Source: Picochlorum sp. SENEW3 (Eukaryota). From it: a stretch of DNA of 64,000 nucleotides. The position numbers were made by a program, and so were the translations under genes. The stretch covers positions 558,001-622,000 of the forward strand of contig CP120454.1 in the NCBI GenBank assembly GCA_034226945.1, in the 5' to 3' direction. The notes below the pieces were generated by a model. That model did not search any database and had not been told where the DNA came from. It saw nothing but the letters and a program-made list of their open reading frames with translations. Positions 22,203 through 34,929 of the stretch are shown here, in pieces; positions within the stretch are counted from its first letter, which is position 1; every line of letters starts with the position of its first letter.

Positions 22203-22952
<750 letters not shown>

Positions 22953-22993
22953 GATGATTAATACACTAGACGTATTTCCATAGAGTGTCATGA

Positions 22994-23594
22994 CTACTGT
23001 GGAGAAACAGCTTCTATGGTGCCCCTTGGCGATGCAGCTGCTGGATTAAACGACTTGGGCAGCTGCATACCTTCACTCTGTAGACCTATATAATATGACA
23101 TGACTAAATTCCCCATACTTAGCATAATAGCCCCAGCAGCCGCTGTATTCGTTTGGTTCCCACCAACCTCTGCTGCAAGCTTGACAAATGCATTGGCCGT
23201 GTTCATCATGAGTGCTGTGAGGGGACTCAAAATGGCGATCAAAGGCAACTTTTGCTCTCCTAATTCATCTCTAATTGTAAAAAATATAGCAATTATCAGG
23301 AAAAAGAGCTGATAGAAGCAGATCCACCAAGGAAAACCGAAAAATGTTGAGCAATTGGATTGACCAAAGTAGATAGTCTGGTTGAATCTAACAGCCTCAA
23401 AGTCTGTAGATGAACAGTTATCCTGTGACGATGCAACCCCTACGATGCAATACATGTATAGGTCTTATTTGCAATGGTTGTCTCGTGGCACAAATGGGCA
23501 CAAACCTACCTCCTAAGAAAACCAGCCACGACACACACTGATACACGAGCAAGACAATATACAGTTTTGGATTCTCTTGAGTCCTTGTCGCCAT
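22994..23594 (-). CDS. 4-TM membrane protein, LCI1/Sho1-TM-like; intron 23440-23509
   Basis: Spliced ORF with four hydrophobic helices; motifs PWW and AAAGAIMLSMGN...YYIG. Confidence 0.7.
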
Positions 23595-24053
23595 TTTTGA
23601 AAACTTTATATCGACTGTAATAGATACATCCAACGGGAAAACAAACAGCAAAGGTTTGCTTTTATGTCTACGTGTTTTTAAAAGTGTGTCTCAGATGGCC
23701 ATGGGTCCTGAGGCTGTTGTCCTATGCGTTACTGAAGTCTGCAGATTCAATGTAGTGAGCAATGTCAACAATAATGATGTAGCTTTGAGACAGATGGTTA
23801 GGTATACGTAGGGGAATAGGCAAGGCGATCGTCGCATGGCATACATTGGACTGATCGATCAGAGGATTCCAGCGATGGGATGACAGTGCGGGAAGAACAT
23901 CATGGGTAACTGCATGATCTTTCATGAGCTCATCCAGAGGGTACCATGGACGCATGATAGTAGTATATGCATCAAATGAATGAGTAGTAAGAAATATACG
24001 TTGCATGGGTAGCAGTTCAGGTTTGTTGTTACAAAAAATGAGAATAAGAATGG

Positions 24054-25641
24054 TCATGTCTTGGGCTCGGCCAAAGTCTCTGTAGGCAGAAGAAAACCCA
24101 TTGTTTTTCTGATCAAGTTTGCTGCATAGTAGCATATTGAATAATAAATAGGTCTGCTAGGGTGATCTGGTACGGTTAGTGTGATATACCTCTCTGTGAT
24201 CGACCACAGGTGGGCATGGACATGTGATGGGATTGCAGAGGCCCGGAGTATCTGCGGCCATACTTCAAGAGCGAGGCCGAGACAGACAATTTGAAGCTGC
24301 TCCATCGCAGAATATTTTTGATCAATATCATGTTCCGCTGTCTCTATGAAGAAGGCCGCAGCAGCATCTATGGATCCCTGGTATCGAAATGCAGCAAGGG
24401 CTACTGTTGTGGCACAGCACATTTCTGTGATTGAGAAAATTCCATTCGAATACCCCCTGTCAAAATACTTTAATACCACGTCTTTTGATTTGTACCCAAG
24501 GGTTTCCATGAGTTTTGCATGCGGCGCTCTTGTATCTAACAAATGTATGTAGTACAGGAGCCATGGAATTGTATTGCGTTCGAGAGCTGCAGCATCGCAC
24601 CACATGCACACCAGAGAGCATACATCCTCTTTGCTATAATATTCTATCAGAGATTTGATTTCATCGTTGTTTGTCATAATGAACCAATTCCCAGGGGCCC
24701 ATTGTATGGGTGCACGCTGCTCGACATATGTGGGCCTGCAGCATTCAAACATTTTGTACAAAACCGATACTGCGATTTTGGTGTCCGTCCATGTCTCTTT
24801 CATCGATGATGCTATATGCACAGCAGTTTTTATCTTATTCTTTGTCAAGCGTGGTTCTGTCATCAAGTGGGTCAGAATGTCAGTAATCTGAGTATCAGCT
24901 CCTTGTCGTGGCAACCGTTCATAGTCCCAAACAGATTGCTGATTACCAGATACGTCGTCAGTATCATCATGTTGAGTATCGCGTGTATTATCCTTTTTAC
25001 GAGTGTGAGCATTGCCGTTGTTCTTTTCTTCTTGCACAGCCACAGCAGGTTTTTTGTTTGGTCTGCTGGTACCTGGGTCTCTACGGTTTGAAGGAATTCT
25101 CCCTCTCTTTGCTTGAGCCGTGGTGTACTGTTCAGAAACATTCCCAGAAACATTTTTGTTTGACAAAAGAGCGTGTACACTCGACTGTAGCTGTGCAACA
25201 GTCTTTTCTAGCAGTTCAACTCGTTCTTGCAAGCTTTGCACAGTACCCAAAAGCCTAGCATTCTCCCTGCAGATGGACATGACTAACACAAGTTAAGTAG
25301 TACTATACGATTCATAATATATCAAACCGTATCACATACCTGGTAGAGGCAGCAGACCTTTTCTCAGCATCCCTTCTCTTTTCCTTTTCCTTTGCCAGTT
25401 CTTCACCCAACTTTTTCTGCTTTACCAATACCTTTTTCGTATTCACGTGTCGTTCCTTCAACAACGTCTACATGCAAGAACACCTTGGTTATGAGATATA
25501 CAGCAGCGTGACGCTTGGAAGGCCTCCTGTGCCACACAAGAAGAAGCACAGAGTCAAAATGTTGGAGCAAACCCATACCTCTGCTCTTTTAAGCTCGACA
25601 CGAGCAGCCTCATAGCTGTCCTTCCAATTAACCTCTCCCAT
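24054..25641 (-). CDS. hypothetical protein with N-terminal coiled coil, multi-exon
   Basis: 411-aa ORF plus upstream exons bounded by GT-AG; start inferred. Confidence 0.6.
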
Positions 25642-25891
25642 ATTCCACAGAATCCATCATTGTGTCATAGATTTTTATTCGGCAATCAAATGACTCACTG
25701 GTGGAGCTGTAAACTGAACTTTTCCTATTCCGAGCAGAATTGCATAATGTCTTAAATTCGGACCTTCCTCCCGAAGTACTTTGTCTTGGAGAAATTTCGT
25801 GTCGCCGGCGCCTCGCCTCAGTCAGGTATGGGACTCACTGTCACCCGTTTCTCTCAGTTTATATCATAATACTTATAGTCTAGATAACAAA

Positions 25892-26769
25892 ATGCCTCAG
25901 GTATGTTTGCTGGGACCGATGTAGTTCATGAACTGGTTGGGTATCGATTGTGCAGCCGCTCTGTCTTTGCGGCGGCATTCTGAATAGTTGTTTGGGATCC
26001 TTATGGTCGTCTCGGACGTGATACAAACCATACCTTGGAAGAATAATTTAATTAATGGCGTATCTTGCGCGGATCTCGTGCCTAGAGGTGGAGACGGCAT
26101 GTCCAACTCAAGTGGCTGCCAATGGATTGTCTCGTCCTTCTAGTGCATGCGTAGCTCCATCCCTTTTTCTTGGGTCAAAAAAATGTCAGTATTGTGCGAT
26201 CCTTACGTTTATTGGTGTGTTTGCAGACTGTCGTTGTAGACTGCCGTGGGCACATGTTGGGCCGCTTGGCCTCCATTGTGGCAAAGCAGGCTCTTAGCGG
26301 ACATCACGTTGTGTGCGTGCGTTGCGAAGACATTGTTCTTTCAGGAGGAATGGTTCGTCAGAAGGCCAAGTTTGAGCGTTTCCTTCGTAAGAGATCAGTG
26401 ACAAACCCACGCCGTGGAGCTGTCAAATTTAGAGCTCCATCCAAGATTCTCTGGCGCACTGTTCGTGGAATGGTTCCACACAAGACTGCACGTGGAGCTG
26501 CCGCCATGGAGCGTGTCAAGACATTCGAGGGAGTTCCAGCCCCATATGATAAGGTGAAGCGTATGGTGATTCCAGATGCTCTCAAGGTCCTTAGACTTCA
26601 GCAGGGACACAAGTCTGTCAGATTAGGAGATATGGCTGCTCAGTGCGGATGGAAGCATAATGAGGTTGTGGCTGAGCTCGAGGCCAAGCGTAAAGCCAAG
26701 TCTGCTGCCTTCTACCAGGCAAAGAAGAAGGCAATCAAGCTCCGTAGGAAAGCAGAGGCTGAGGCATAA
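25892..26769 (+). CDS. RPL13A: 60S ribosomal protein L13a (uL13); 9-nt first coding exon, intron 25901-26226
   Basis: [19 protein letters not shown]..., [19 protein letters not shown]. Confidence 0.96.
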
Positions 26770-26832
26770 TCACTTGATATATATTGTGTAACATTCTTCT
26801 AAATAAAAGTGTTTTACAATCTACTATTGCGT

Positions 26833-29800
26833 TTAGTCTATATTGAACATCTTTTTCAATCTGATGATGAGACGCCAGTCATCTTTTGTCATTTCATCTC
26901 TGAACATGGCCTTGAGAACATCAATGCTCTCTCGACTGATTTTGGAGATCAAGGCATCATTGTGATCGAAATGTCTACCGTATAAGCGAGCTGCTTCTTC
27001 TGGGTTGGTGCTTTCAATTTTCATGGCAACCTTGTCTCCAGCAACAGCTTTCTGCAAAGGCTTGCCCTTTTCCTTCTCAAGGCCTGCTATTTTGCCAATT
27101 GTGATTTTCCCTCGTGATGGCACACAGAGTGGTGTTCCTACCTTGGCAATACCTTCGAGAATTTCAACACCAACGATAATTGGGTCCTTCATATTGAAAA
27201 TGTGCTCTGGCATGATTCGAAGGACACATGGGAAGACTGCCTTTTCTTTGGCTGCTTCCTGCTCTTCTTCCTTCACCCTCTTCAAGTATGCTGTGAATTG
27301 ATCAAACAGATGGTAGATAATGTCTGCTGTAAAGATTTGAACGCCCAAGTCCTCAGCGAGTTCCTGCGCCTCTTTGGTGACTGAGACATCGAATGCCAGG
27401 ATGACTCCAAACTTTTTCGCTTTTCTCTCAATCATGATGTTGGCACGCATAACATCGCGTTTATGGACGGGCCCAATATTGATTGTGGAGACAGGGATTT
27501 GAACATCTTCGGATTTCAAGAACTCCAGCAGGGCCTCTAATGAACCAAGGGTTGATGCTTGGACACAGACACCTTCTCCTGTCTTGTCCACTGAACTGAA
27601 TATGTCTTGCATATCTTCCATGACCTCATCTTTAAGGGCTTCCAGGTCATCATCCGGTCCAGCAACAAATAATTGTGTTCCAGCTACAGCAGAGTCGAGA
27701 TTGTTGGCGGCAATTTTCACACCTGTTGCTGCACGTAATTTCTTGTGATGAACATATTGCCCTTTGACTCTAATTTCTTTCATGGGTTGTGGGGTCAACA
27801 GTGCTCGAATTTGTGTCACAATAGGTCCATTGAGACCGCATACAACAATTGTGTCACTCTCTTTGATCTCTCCATTGATCAGGATGATATCGATTGTAGT
27901 ACCCAATCCTTCAATCTGCTTCACTTCTAAGATTGTACATTGGAGGTTTGGAACAAACATGAGCTTCTCCACCATCAAACTCTGTGTCATTTTGACCAGA
28001 ATTTGCATTAAATCTGGTATTCCCTCCCCTGTTATTGCAGATGTTGGGACAATATTGACAAACTGCTTTGGATTCTTATTCTTCCAGTACAAGGAGACGT
28101 TGAGGCCTTGCTCGTTGAGCTGAAGAATCATCTCGGCCATTCTTTGTTCAAATTCCTTAATGCACTGTGGATCCTGGCGCTCTAATGCATCCTGGATTGG
28201 AGAATTTGCCACTGTTTTCCATTGATAAATTCTGTCAATCTTATTCATGGCAATGATGAATGGCGTCTTCCTCATTTTCAGTAGGTTGATCGATTCAATA
28301 GTCTGCTGCTCAAGACCATGCATGAGATCGACCACAAGCACGGCAATATCACAGAGGCCAGAACCTCTTGATCGAAGATTCGAGAACGACTCATGCCCTG
28401 GAGTATCAATGACTAAAAGACCCGGAAGTTTGAGGTCAAATTCTCGCCCTTTACGAAGTTCTTCTGTCCTCTTTTGCAGGGCATCAGCAGGAATGTAGGT
28501 AGCTCCAATCTGCTGTGTGATACCTCCAGCCTCACCATCCTGGACATTCGTCCTTCGAATGTTATCCAGAATCTTTGTTTTACCTGTATCAACGTGGCCG
28601 AGAATACAGCAGATGGGGGATCTCAGATCCTCTGGATTTCTATTGGCCAAAGCTTCCCGGAGTCTTGCTTCTTCCTTTTCTTTTTGAGCTAATCTTCTTT
28701 CCTCCCTTTCTCTGTCGGCCTCGTCTTCACTATCTGTATAATCACTGTCTGAATAATCTGAAGATGAGTATTCTGACGAATCTTCATCAGAGGAGTCTTC
28801 TTCCTCTGATTCCTCTTCGGACTCCTCTGAGGATTTGGTCTGTTGCTTTGCAGATTCTCTTGCCTTCCTTGCAGCTTCAGCCTTCTCTTTCTCCTTTGCC
28901 TCCTTCAGTAATTCATCTTCTTCCTCTGCTGTTGGAAGCCTGATTTCGTCCTCGTCCATATTCTCCCAGTCGTCAGCAGCATCTTCCCATGAGTCTACAG
29001 CTTCCTCCTGGACTGGAGCAGCCTCTTCTTTAACCTCAACCTTCTCTGGTTCCTCCTTCTTTTCCTCTACAACCTGGGAAGAATCTATTTGTTCTTGCAC
29101 AATTGCGCTTTTCGGTTTCTTGGGCTGCGATTTCTTCTTGCTATACACAGGCTTTTTCTTTGCTTGCACTGCAATTGTCACAAATCACACTGTTAGGAAT
29201 CTCATACGAAAGATCATCACATTAAAATACACCGTACATTCTTCTGGATTGATTCCTGCTTGCTTTAGCATCTGCTCACGAACTCGAGCCAGTCTCTCTT
29301 GCTCAGCCTTTTGCTTCTGAGACAGCAATTTACCCTCTTTCTTAAGTTGCTCTCTCTTTGCTGCCTTCTCAGCCTTTCTCCTTGCAGCCTCTTCTTTCTT
29401 CCTTTCCTCTTCTTCTATGAGCCTGCGCTCCTCCTCTTCTTCTCTTCGTTTTTGTTCTTCCGCTAAGCGTTCAGCCTCTTCTTCTGCCTTTTTCCTTGCT
29501 TCTAATGCCTCTTGCATCTTCTTCACAGCAGCAGAGACCTTTGGCTTTTTATCCTTCTCCTTCTCTTTGGCAGCAGCAGCTGCGGCCTCTTTCTTAGCCT
29601 TTTCTTTTGCCTTTTTCTTTGCCTTCTTCTTAGCTGCTGCTGACATTTTCGATTCATCCTGGGCGTCTTCATCCTCAGCCTTGCTTTCGTCAACATGCTC
29701 CTCCTCCTGTGCTATCTTGGTCTCCTCCTCCTGCTCCTTCTTCTCCTCTTCTTTTGAAGCAGGGGCGTCCATTCCAAGCTCTGCTAAAATTGCATCTAAA

Positions 29801-31062
29801 TCTTCTTCCTCCTTCTTCTCTTCTTTCTTCTTCTTTTTCTTCTTATCCTTCTTGCCTTCTGGTGCCTGTTGCTCAACAGGTCCCGACGGCTCTGCTGCCT
29901 CTGTTGTCTCTGAGAGCAACTGATCGAAATCCAGGGCATCAGTTTTGTCCTTCTTCTTCTTCTTTTTCTTCTTGGAATCCTTCTCTGGCTCAGCAGTCAT
30001 TTCCTCTTCGTCCAATCCCAGGGCAGCAAAAGCACTCTCGACTGCCATCTTACCCTTCTTCTTTTTCTTTTTCTTCTTCTCCATAATAAGATCATCGTCG
30101 GACAATTCAGGCTTTTCGGTAGGACAGACATCACCAGGCTTGAATGTGCTAGGTATAGGCGCTAGAACACCATCGGGCTCTTCCTCCCATCCCAGGTCAT
30201 ACCCAGAACACAACATGCCATCACTTTGAACACCACTGACACTGGCACTCTCGATGTCAATACCACTACCTGGAGTCTTTGATCCAACAAGAGCCAGCGC
30301 TACAAGCTTACCACTATCAATTGACTCGACATTTGTCACCACCGACCGTGTTCCAATATCATCTCCACAAAAGATATCACAGATTTTCAGCTTCTTGGAG
30401 GTAGGATGTGGCATGACAGAAGACACCAAACCAATACAGATGATCCCTGCGACATCTTCTTCACCCATATCTTCGTCTTCATCCTCATCTTCATCTCCTG
30501 CCAGCAAAGCAAACGCAGATCCACCATTTAAAGCTTCCTCCTCCTCTTCTTCTTCCTCTTCTTCCTCGTCTTCTTCCTCTTCCTCATCCCCTGCAAGTAG
30601 GGCAAAGGCAGATCCTGCGTTACCCACGCCTTCGTCTTCTTCTTCTTCGTCACCCTCATCATCCCCTCCTAACAGGGCAAAGACAGAGCCACCAGCTCCA
30701 ACATCCTCTTCCTCCTCCTCCATAGCCTGAGCCAATGGGTCAACCACATCGTCCTCATCATCGTCAAATAGAGCTTTCTTCTTCTTATCCTTCTTCTTGT
30801 CCTTCTTTTTCACTGCGCCATTGAAAAAAAACAGGTCAAGCTCCTGCCGCATGTCACTCAAGAGGGAAAGTCTCACTCATATCCCACATTCAGCCCAACA
30901 TGGCAATTCTAGCACTGTAAAATGTCAAAATAATACTCATACATATACCATACCTGCTACAACGGGCTCCTCTTGCTCACCATCGCCTGCGGCGGTCGCT
31001 ACCTCGTCATTCTCAAAGTCGGCAAAAAAGGCAGCCTCAGCATCCTTCTTCTTTCGACCCAT
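26833..31062 (-). CDS. eIF5B: eukaryotic translation initiation factor 5B with N-terminal tRNA-binding OB domain
   Basis: LRSPICCILGHVDTGKT, GGITQQIGA, DTPGHESF, NKID. Intron 29169-29237 joins the two large ORFs in frame. Confidence 0.95.
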
Positions 31063-31287
31063 TCTGCTACAAATATAATTTAATACAACGAATTGATGCA
31101 ATGCGTTGTTTTCAAAATGCCTGGATCCTCTCTAATTGAGCACATTTGAATGGTACAAAAATGCAATCAGAATTTTGTATTTAAGAATTCACCTGCCTCA
31201 CTCAACAACAAACACCGATCTCAACTGCGTACAATATGCAATTGAAACTTAATTTGGGATGGAAAGAGCGTAGGAGTAAGAGCGAGC

Positions 31288-32364
31288 ATGGGGTCGTCGT
31301 TGGTCTCGTTGAATTCAGTTGCCGAGAAACTCGACAACCATATTGATGAGGCCTGGTCCAGGGATGTTCAGGCTCAAATACGTCATACGTGTTCCAAGTA
31401 TGACTCTCTTCCCGAGGATGAGCGATTTGAAATGTATCTGGACTATGTCCTTCACTCTGATATACGCCACTACTGGAAGGGTTATTCTTCCAGCCAAAAG
31501 CCATGGTTTGTTCAGATTGAGCATGTTCAGGATATATCGCAGCCCGTGAAGTCTCGATTTGTGGATAGTCAATCAAAGAAGCGGATGTTGAAACTCGCGT
31601 TGTTTGATGGTGCGTCACTATCTATTGCGTGTCGTTTTGTAACATAGTGTGCACAAGATTTATGACACAAACATGATGCAGGGAAGCAGCACCATGTGGC
31701 GATAGAGCACAAGCCTCTTTCTATGCCATGGCCGAAACTAGGAGCAAAGATGGTATTGGATGATGCGGTGGTTGTTCAGGGAGGAATGTTTTTGCTCACT
31801 CCAGCCACGTGTGGATATCTTGGTGGCGGTGTGGAGGAGTTTGGTGCATCCCAGAGTGCGTTAGAAAAGGTGCTTCAGGAGCCAATGTATGGTAGGCGAG
31901 GGCCTCCGTTACGATTAGAAGAGTATATGAAGATGGTAGAGGATAAAGTAGCGGTAGCGTGTCGGGCAGGTGGAATACAGGAGCGTGAACGACAGGAGAC
32001 AGCACCACGTGGTCAAGAGCAGCAGCAACCAGTAGAGGATGAGCAGCGTGCTCGCCCGGGTCCCAACAATCTAGGAGAAGAAGAAATACAAGAGCAAGAA
32101 GAATATGTGATTGATTCGGATAGTGATGCAAATATAGATATTGATGAAATTGTGAGGCAGAAGAGATCTAGTCGAGAGATGGATGATGTGATTGTTGTGG
32201 ATGAGATATTGCCAAGGGGTAGCAATGAACACGACGGCGGTACCGAGCGTCCTCATGGTAGTGGTAGTCCTACTGCTGATACAAGGGATCCAGTGAGGGA
32301 CTCGTTTGCGGGAACCTTTGAAGCACTGAAGCGGCGCAGAGCAATGAGACAGTCTGGTGCATGA
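31288..32364 (+). CDS. RMI1/TDRD3-like N-terminal OB-fold protein; one intron
   Basis: VQIEHVQDISQP, RMLKLALFDG, AIEHKP, LLTP...LGG. Confidence 0.7.
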
Positions 32365-32505
32365 TGCCTCATGCTACTGCTACAAAGTATACCATGATAG
32401 GCATGGTCGCCCGAACATCTTATGCAACATTCTTTAGCCGTAGTAACTATATATTTGTTTGTTTGTGTATTCATAATAAATAAATAAAGAAGCCTTGTAT
32501 TCCAT

Positions 32506-33585
32506 TCATTGTAACCCAAAGGCCTCCATTGTCCGTTTCTGCACACGTTTCCTTGCTGCCTCTCTCTTTGCCAGAAACTCCTGCTCTTTCTTCGACAATG
32601 CAGAGTCTTCATCTTTTTTCCGTTTACTACCTGCTGCCTTTGATTTCTTTCTACCATCCTGCTCCTCTAACCCTGTAGATGCCGTGGCCAGAGAGCTGGC
32701 CACACCTCGTCCACCACCAATCACACCCTCAGTAGGCATCTGATACCCACCGATATCCGCCAATGGGTGCGCCTTGGTAACTCGCATACCTTGAGGATAT
32801 TTACTCTTCCCTACAGCAGGCTTTTCCTGCTCCGTCGCTGCAAGCAATGGATCAGACTGTGTATGAACAGCTCCGTAATATTCTCCAGAAGGAATATTTG
32901 GAGAGCGTGTCCAATCTGGAGGAGATCCACCGTAATACATTTTGCTCTTCACGTCATAGTACCAGCCGTATAATGGATTATAATAATACCCGCTCTCTTG
33001 GTGAAACTTCCAATGTCGTGTGCCATGCTCAACCTCCTCCTGCTGCTCCAGTGCACTCTTGTCCTTCTCATAGGCCTTCTTTGCAGCACTTGTTATCCCA
33101 TCCATTGCTCGCTGCATATCCTCCTTCTTCCGTGCGTCATCCGTCGCCTTTTGACGCATTTCACGAATCTCTGCATAGTTATGATACCAAGAATGTCAGC
33201 AATAGTCAGGATGAGTGACCAAAACGGCCAGTTACTCCAAGGTTGGAACAAGAACCTCCCAACAGACTAGATTGCTACAATGACGTACTTCGAGCCACAT
33301 TGTCCTTATGTTTCAAACCCTTTTCATGAATTGCTCTAACCTGGATGTTATCAGCCATCCATACTCCACAATACTCACAAAAGTAGTTTTTATTGCTTTT
33401 CCAATACTGCAAGCAAGAAGACCGTGGTTGAGTGATTATATGGCATTAAACCAGTATTATGTAACAGTATATGTATTATGTGAATCATAAATGAGTCGAT
33501 AAAGGTAAAGAAATGCCAAAGTTCGGACAAGTGTTTTTCTCTGCAGACATGTCAGACATGGAATCGCTGCACGCACATCAGTCAT
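32506..33585 (-). CDS. ZOP1: U1-type zinc finger + OCRE domain protein (ZOP1-like splicing factor)
   Basis: Exons give MTD/YWKSNKNYFCEYCGVW...HEKGLKHK; OCRE aromatic repeats ESGYYYNPLYGWYYD. Confidence 0.8.
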
Positions 33586-34080
33586 TTTTCAGACGATTCT
33601 TCGCTATGCTATCATCACAATGTATTTTTTAAATTTTTTTAAGGGCGTGTGAAGACGAAAAGCCCCGATGGTGTGCTTTATTCCAATGCACTGATGGTCA
33701 GCATGCTTGGAGGGAATGTTGTTTCAATATGCACTGCAACTTGCAAAAGTTCCCAAATGTGGGACACTTCAGCAACTGACTAGAACAATGCAAATAATAC
33801 TATCCATGAGATCTTTGTGTAATCCACTGTGTCAAAAAGAATTGCGCAAGACCTTGTTTCTGTATGACAAACCGATGCCTTCGTCTTGTGTTGGTGGTGC
33901 CCTTGGTTGACCAGAAGAGAAGATCAATCTCGTTGGGAGATATTTCCTCCTTCTCTGCATGATCCTATCCATCATATTTCATATACATGTTTCCTAGCCA
34001 TGCATACACGTTTATATAGTACCCAAGTGAAGAAAAAGACGGCTCCCCGTCTTGCACAGTGATAGCACTCCTAGGACACC

Positions 34081-34929
34081 ATGGCACGGTTCTTGTCCTG
34101 CCTCTCTGCGTGTTCCTTGGGAAAGAAACACCGCTATTCGGTGAAAGATGATGTATCAAGTGGGTTCAAAGTTATTTTAGAGGATTTTCAGACGGAAAAA
34201 AGTGTATATGTGAATGCCGTGTGGGAGGACAATGTGATTCAGCTGTGTGATGTGAGAGGGTCTGTGTTGAAACGAATACCACTCAGTGCGTGTGAATGGT
34301 CGAGCTGTACCCTTCCAAACATGGTCGAATGTGTGAGTTTAAAATATCGAGACCCAGAAAAAGTTGAGATACTGCTTCAGAGTAAAACGCCAGCGGATAT
34401 TGATGCGGTCATATGTGAACTGACACAGTCAAAGGCATTGTGTGAAAGCACTGGCCGGCATGTGGACAGAAAGAAGCTGCGAACGAGCCAGGTGGAAGCA
34501 TCGTTGCGGCAAGATGTGATGAGATTGCAGGGTAGATTGAGTGATGTTGAGGAAGAGCGCAAGTATCTGATGGAGGAGAATGGTAGATTGCGAGGTGAGC
34601 TTGTTCATCAGCAGTCTCAGAGGGTGTGCACGCCAGATCAGATGGAAAAGTGCCTCATGAGAATTGAAGAGTTGGAACAGCGTAATGCACGACTGGAAGA
34701 GGATTTACGTAGTGAAACTCGTAGGAAAGCATCAATGTCTGAGCATATGAGCCTTCTGAAGAGAGATTTGGAGCAGTCGTGTGAGGAGAAGTCAGCCTTG
34801 GTAGAATCATTGCACAATGCGCACACACAGCTACATGATTTACAAAGCAATGCAGTACAAGATAACAAGAAGAGCTATACGCTAGAATCATGCGTCCCTT
34901 TTGGATATCAATATAATAGACGAATGTGA
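34081..34929 (+). CDS. hypothetical coiled-coil protein
   Basis: 282-aa ATG ORF with a heptad-rich C-terminal half. Confidence 0.65.
   Translation: MARFLSCLSACSLGKKHRYSVKDDVSSGFKVILEDFQTEKSVYVNAVWEDNVIQLCDVRGSVLKRIPLSACEWSSCTLPNMVECVSLKYRDPEKVEILLQSKTPADIDAVICELTQSKALCESTGRHVDRKKLRTSQVEASLRQDVMRLQGRLSDVEEERKYLMEENGRLRGELVHQQSQRVCTPDQMEKCLMRIEELEQRNARLEEDLRSETRRKASMSEHMSLLKRDLEQSCEEKSALVESLHNAHTQLHDLQSNAVQDNKKSYTLESCVPFGYQYNRRM

Noticed and set aside
29300..30810. TTC/TCC-rich simple repeats and three AFALLAGDE-like repeats
   Set aside because: Coding low-complexity of the eIF5B N-terminus; not a satellite or CRISPR array.
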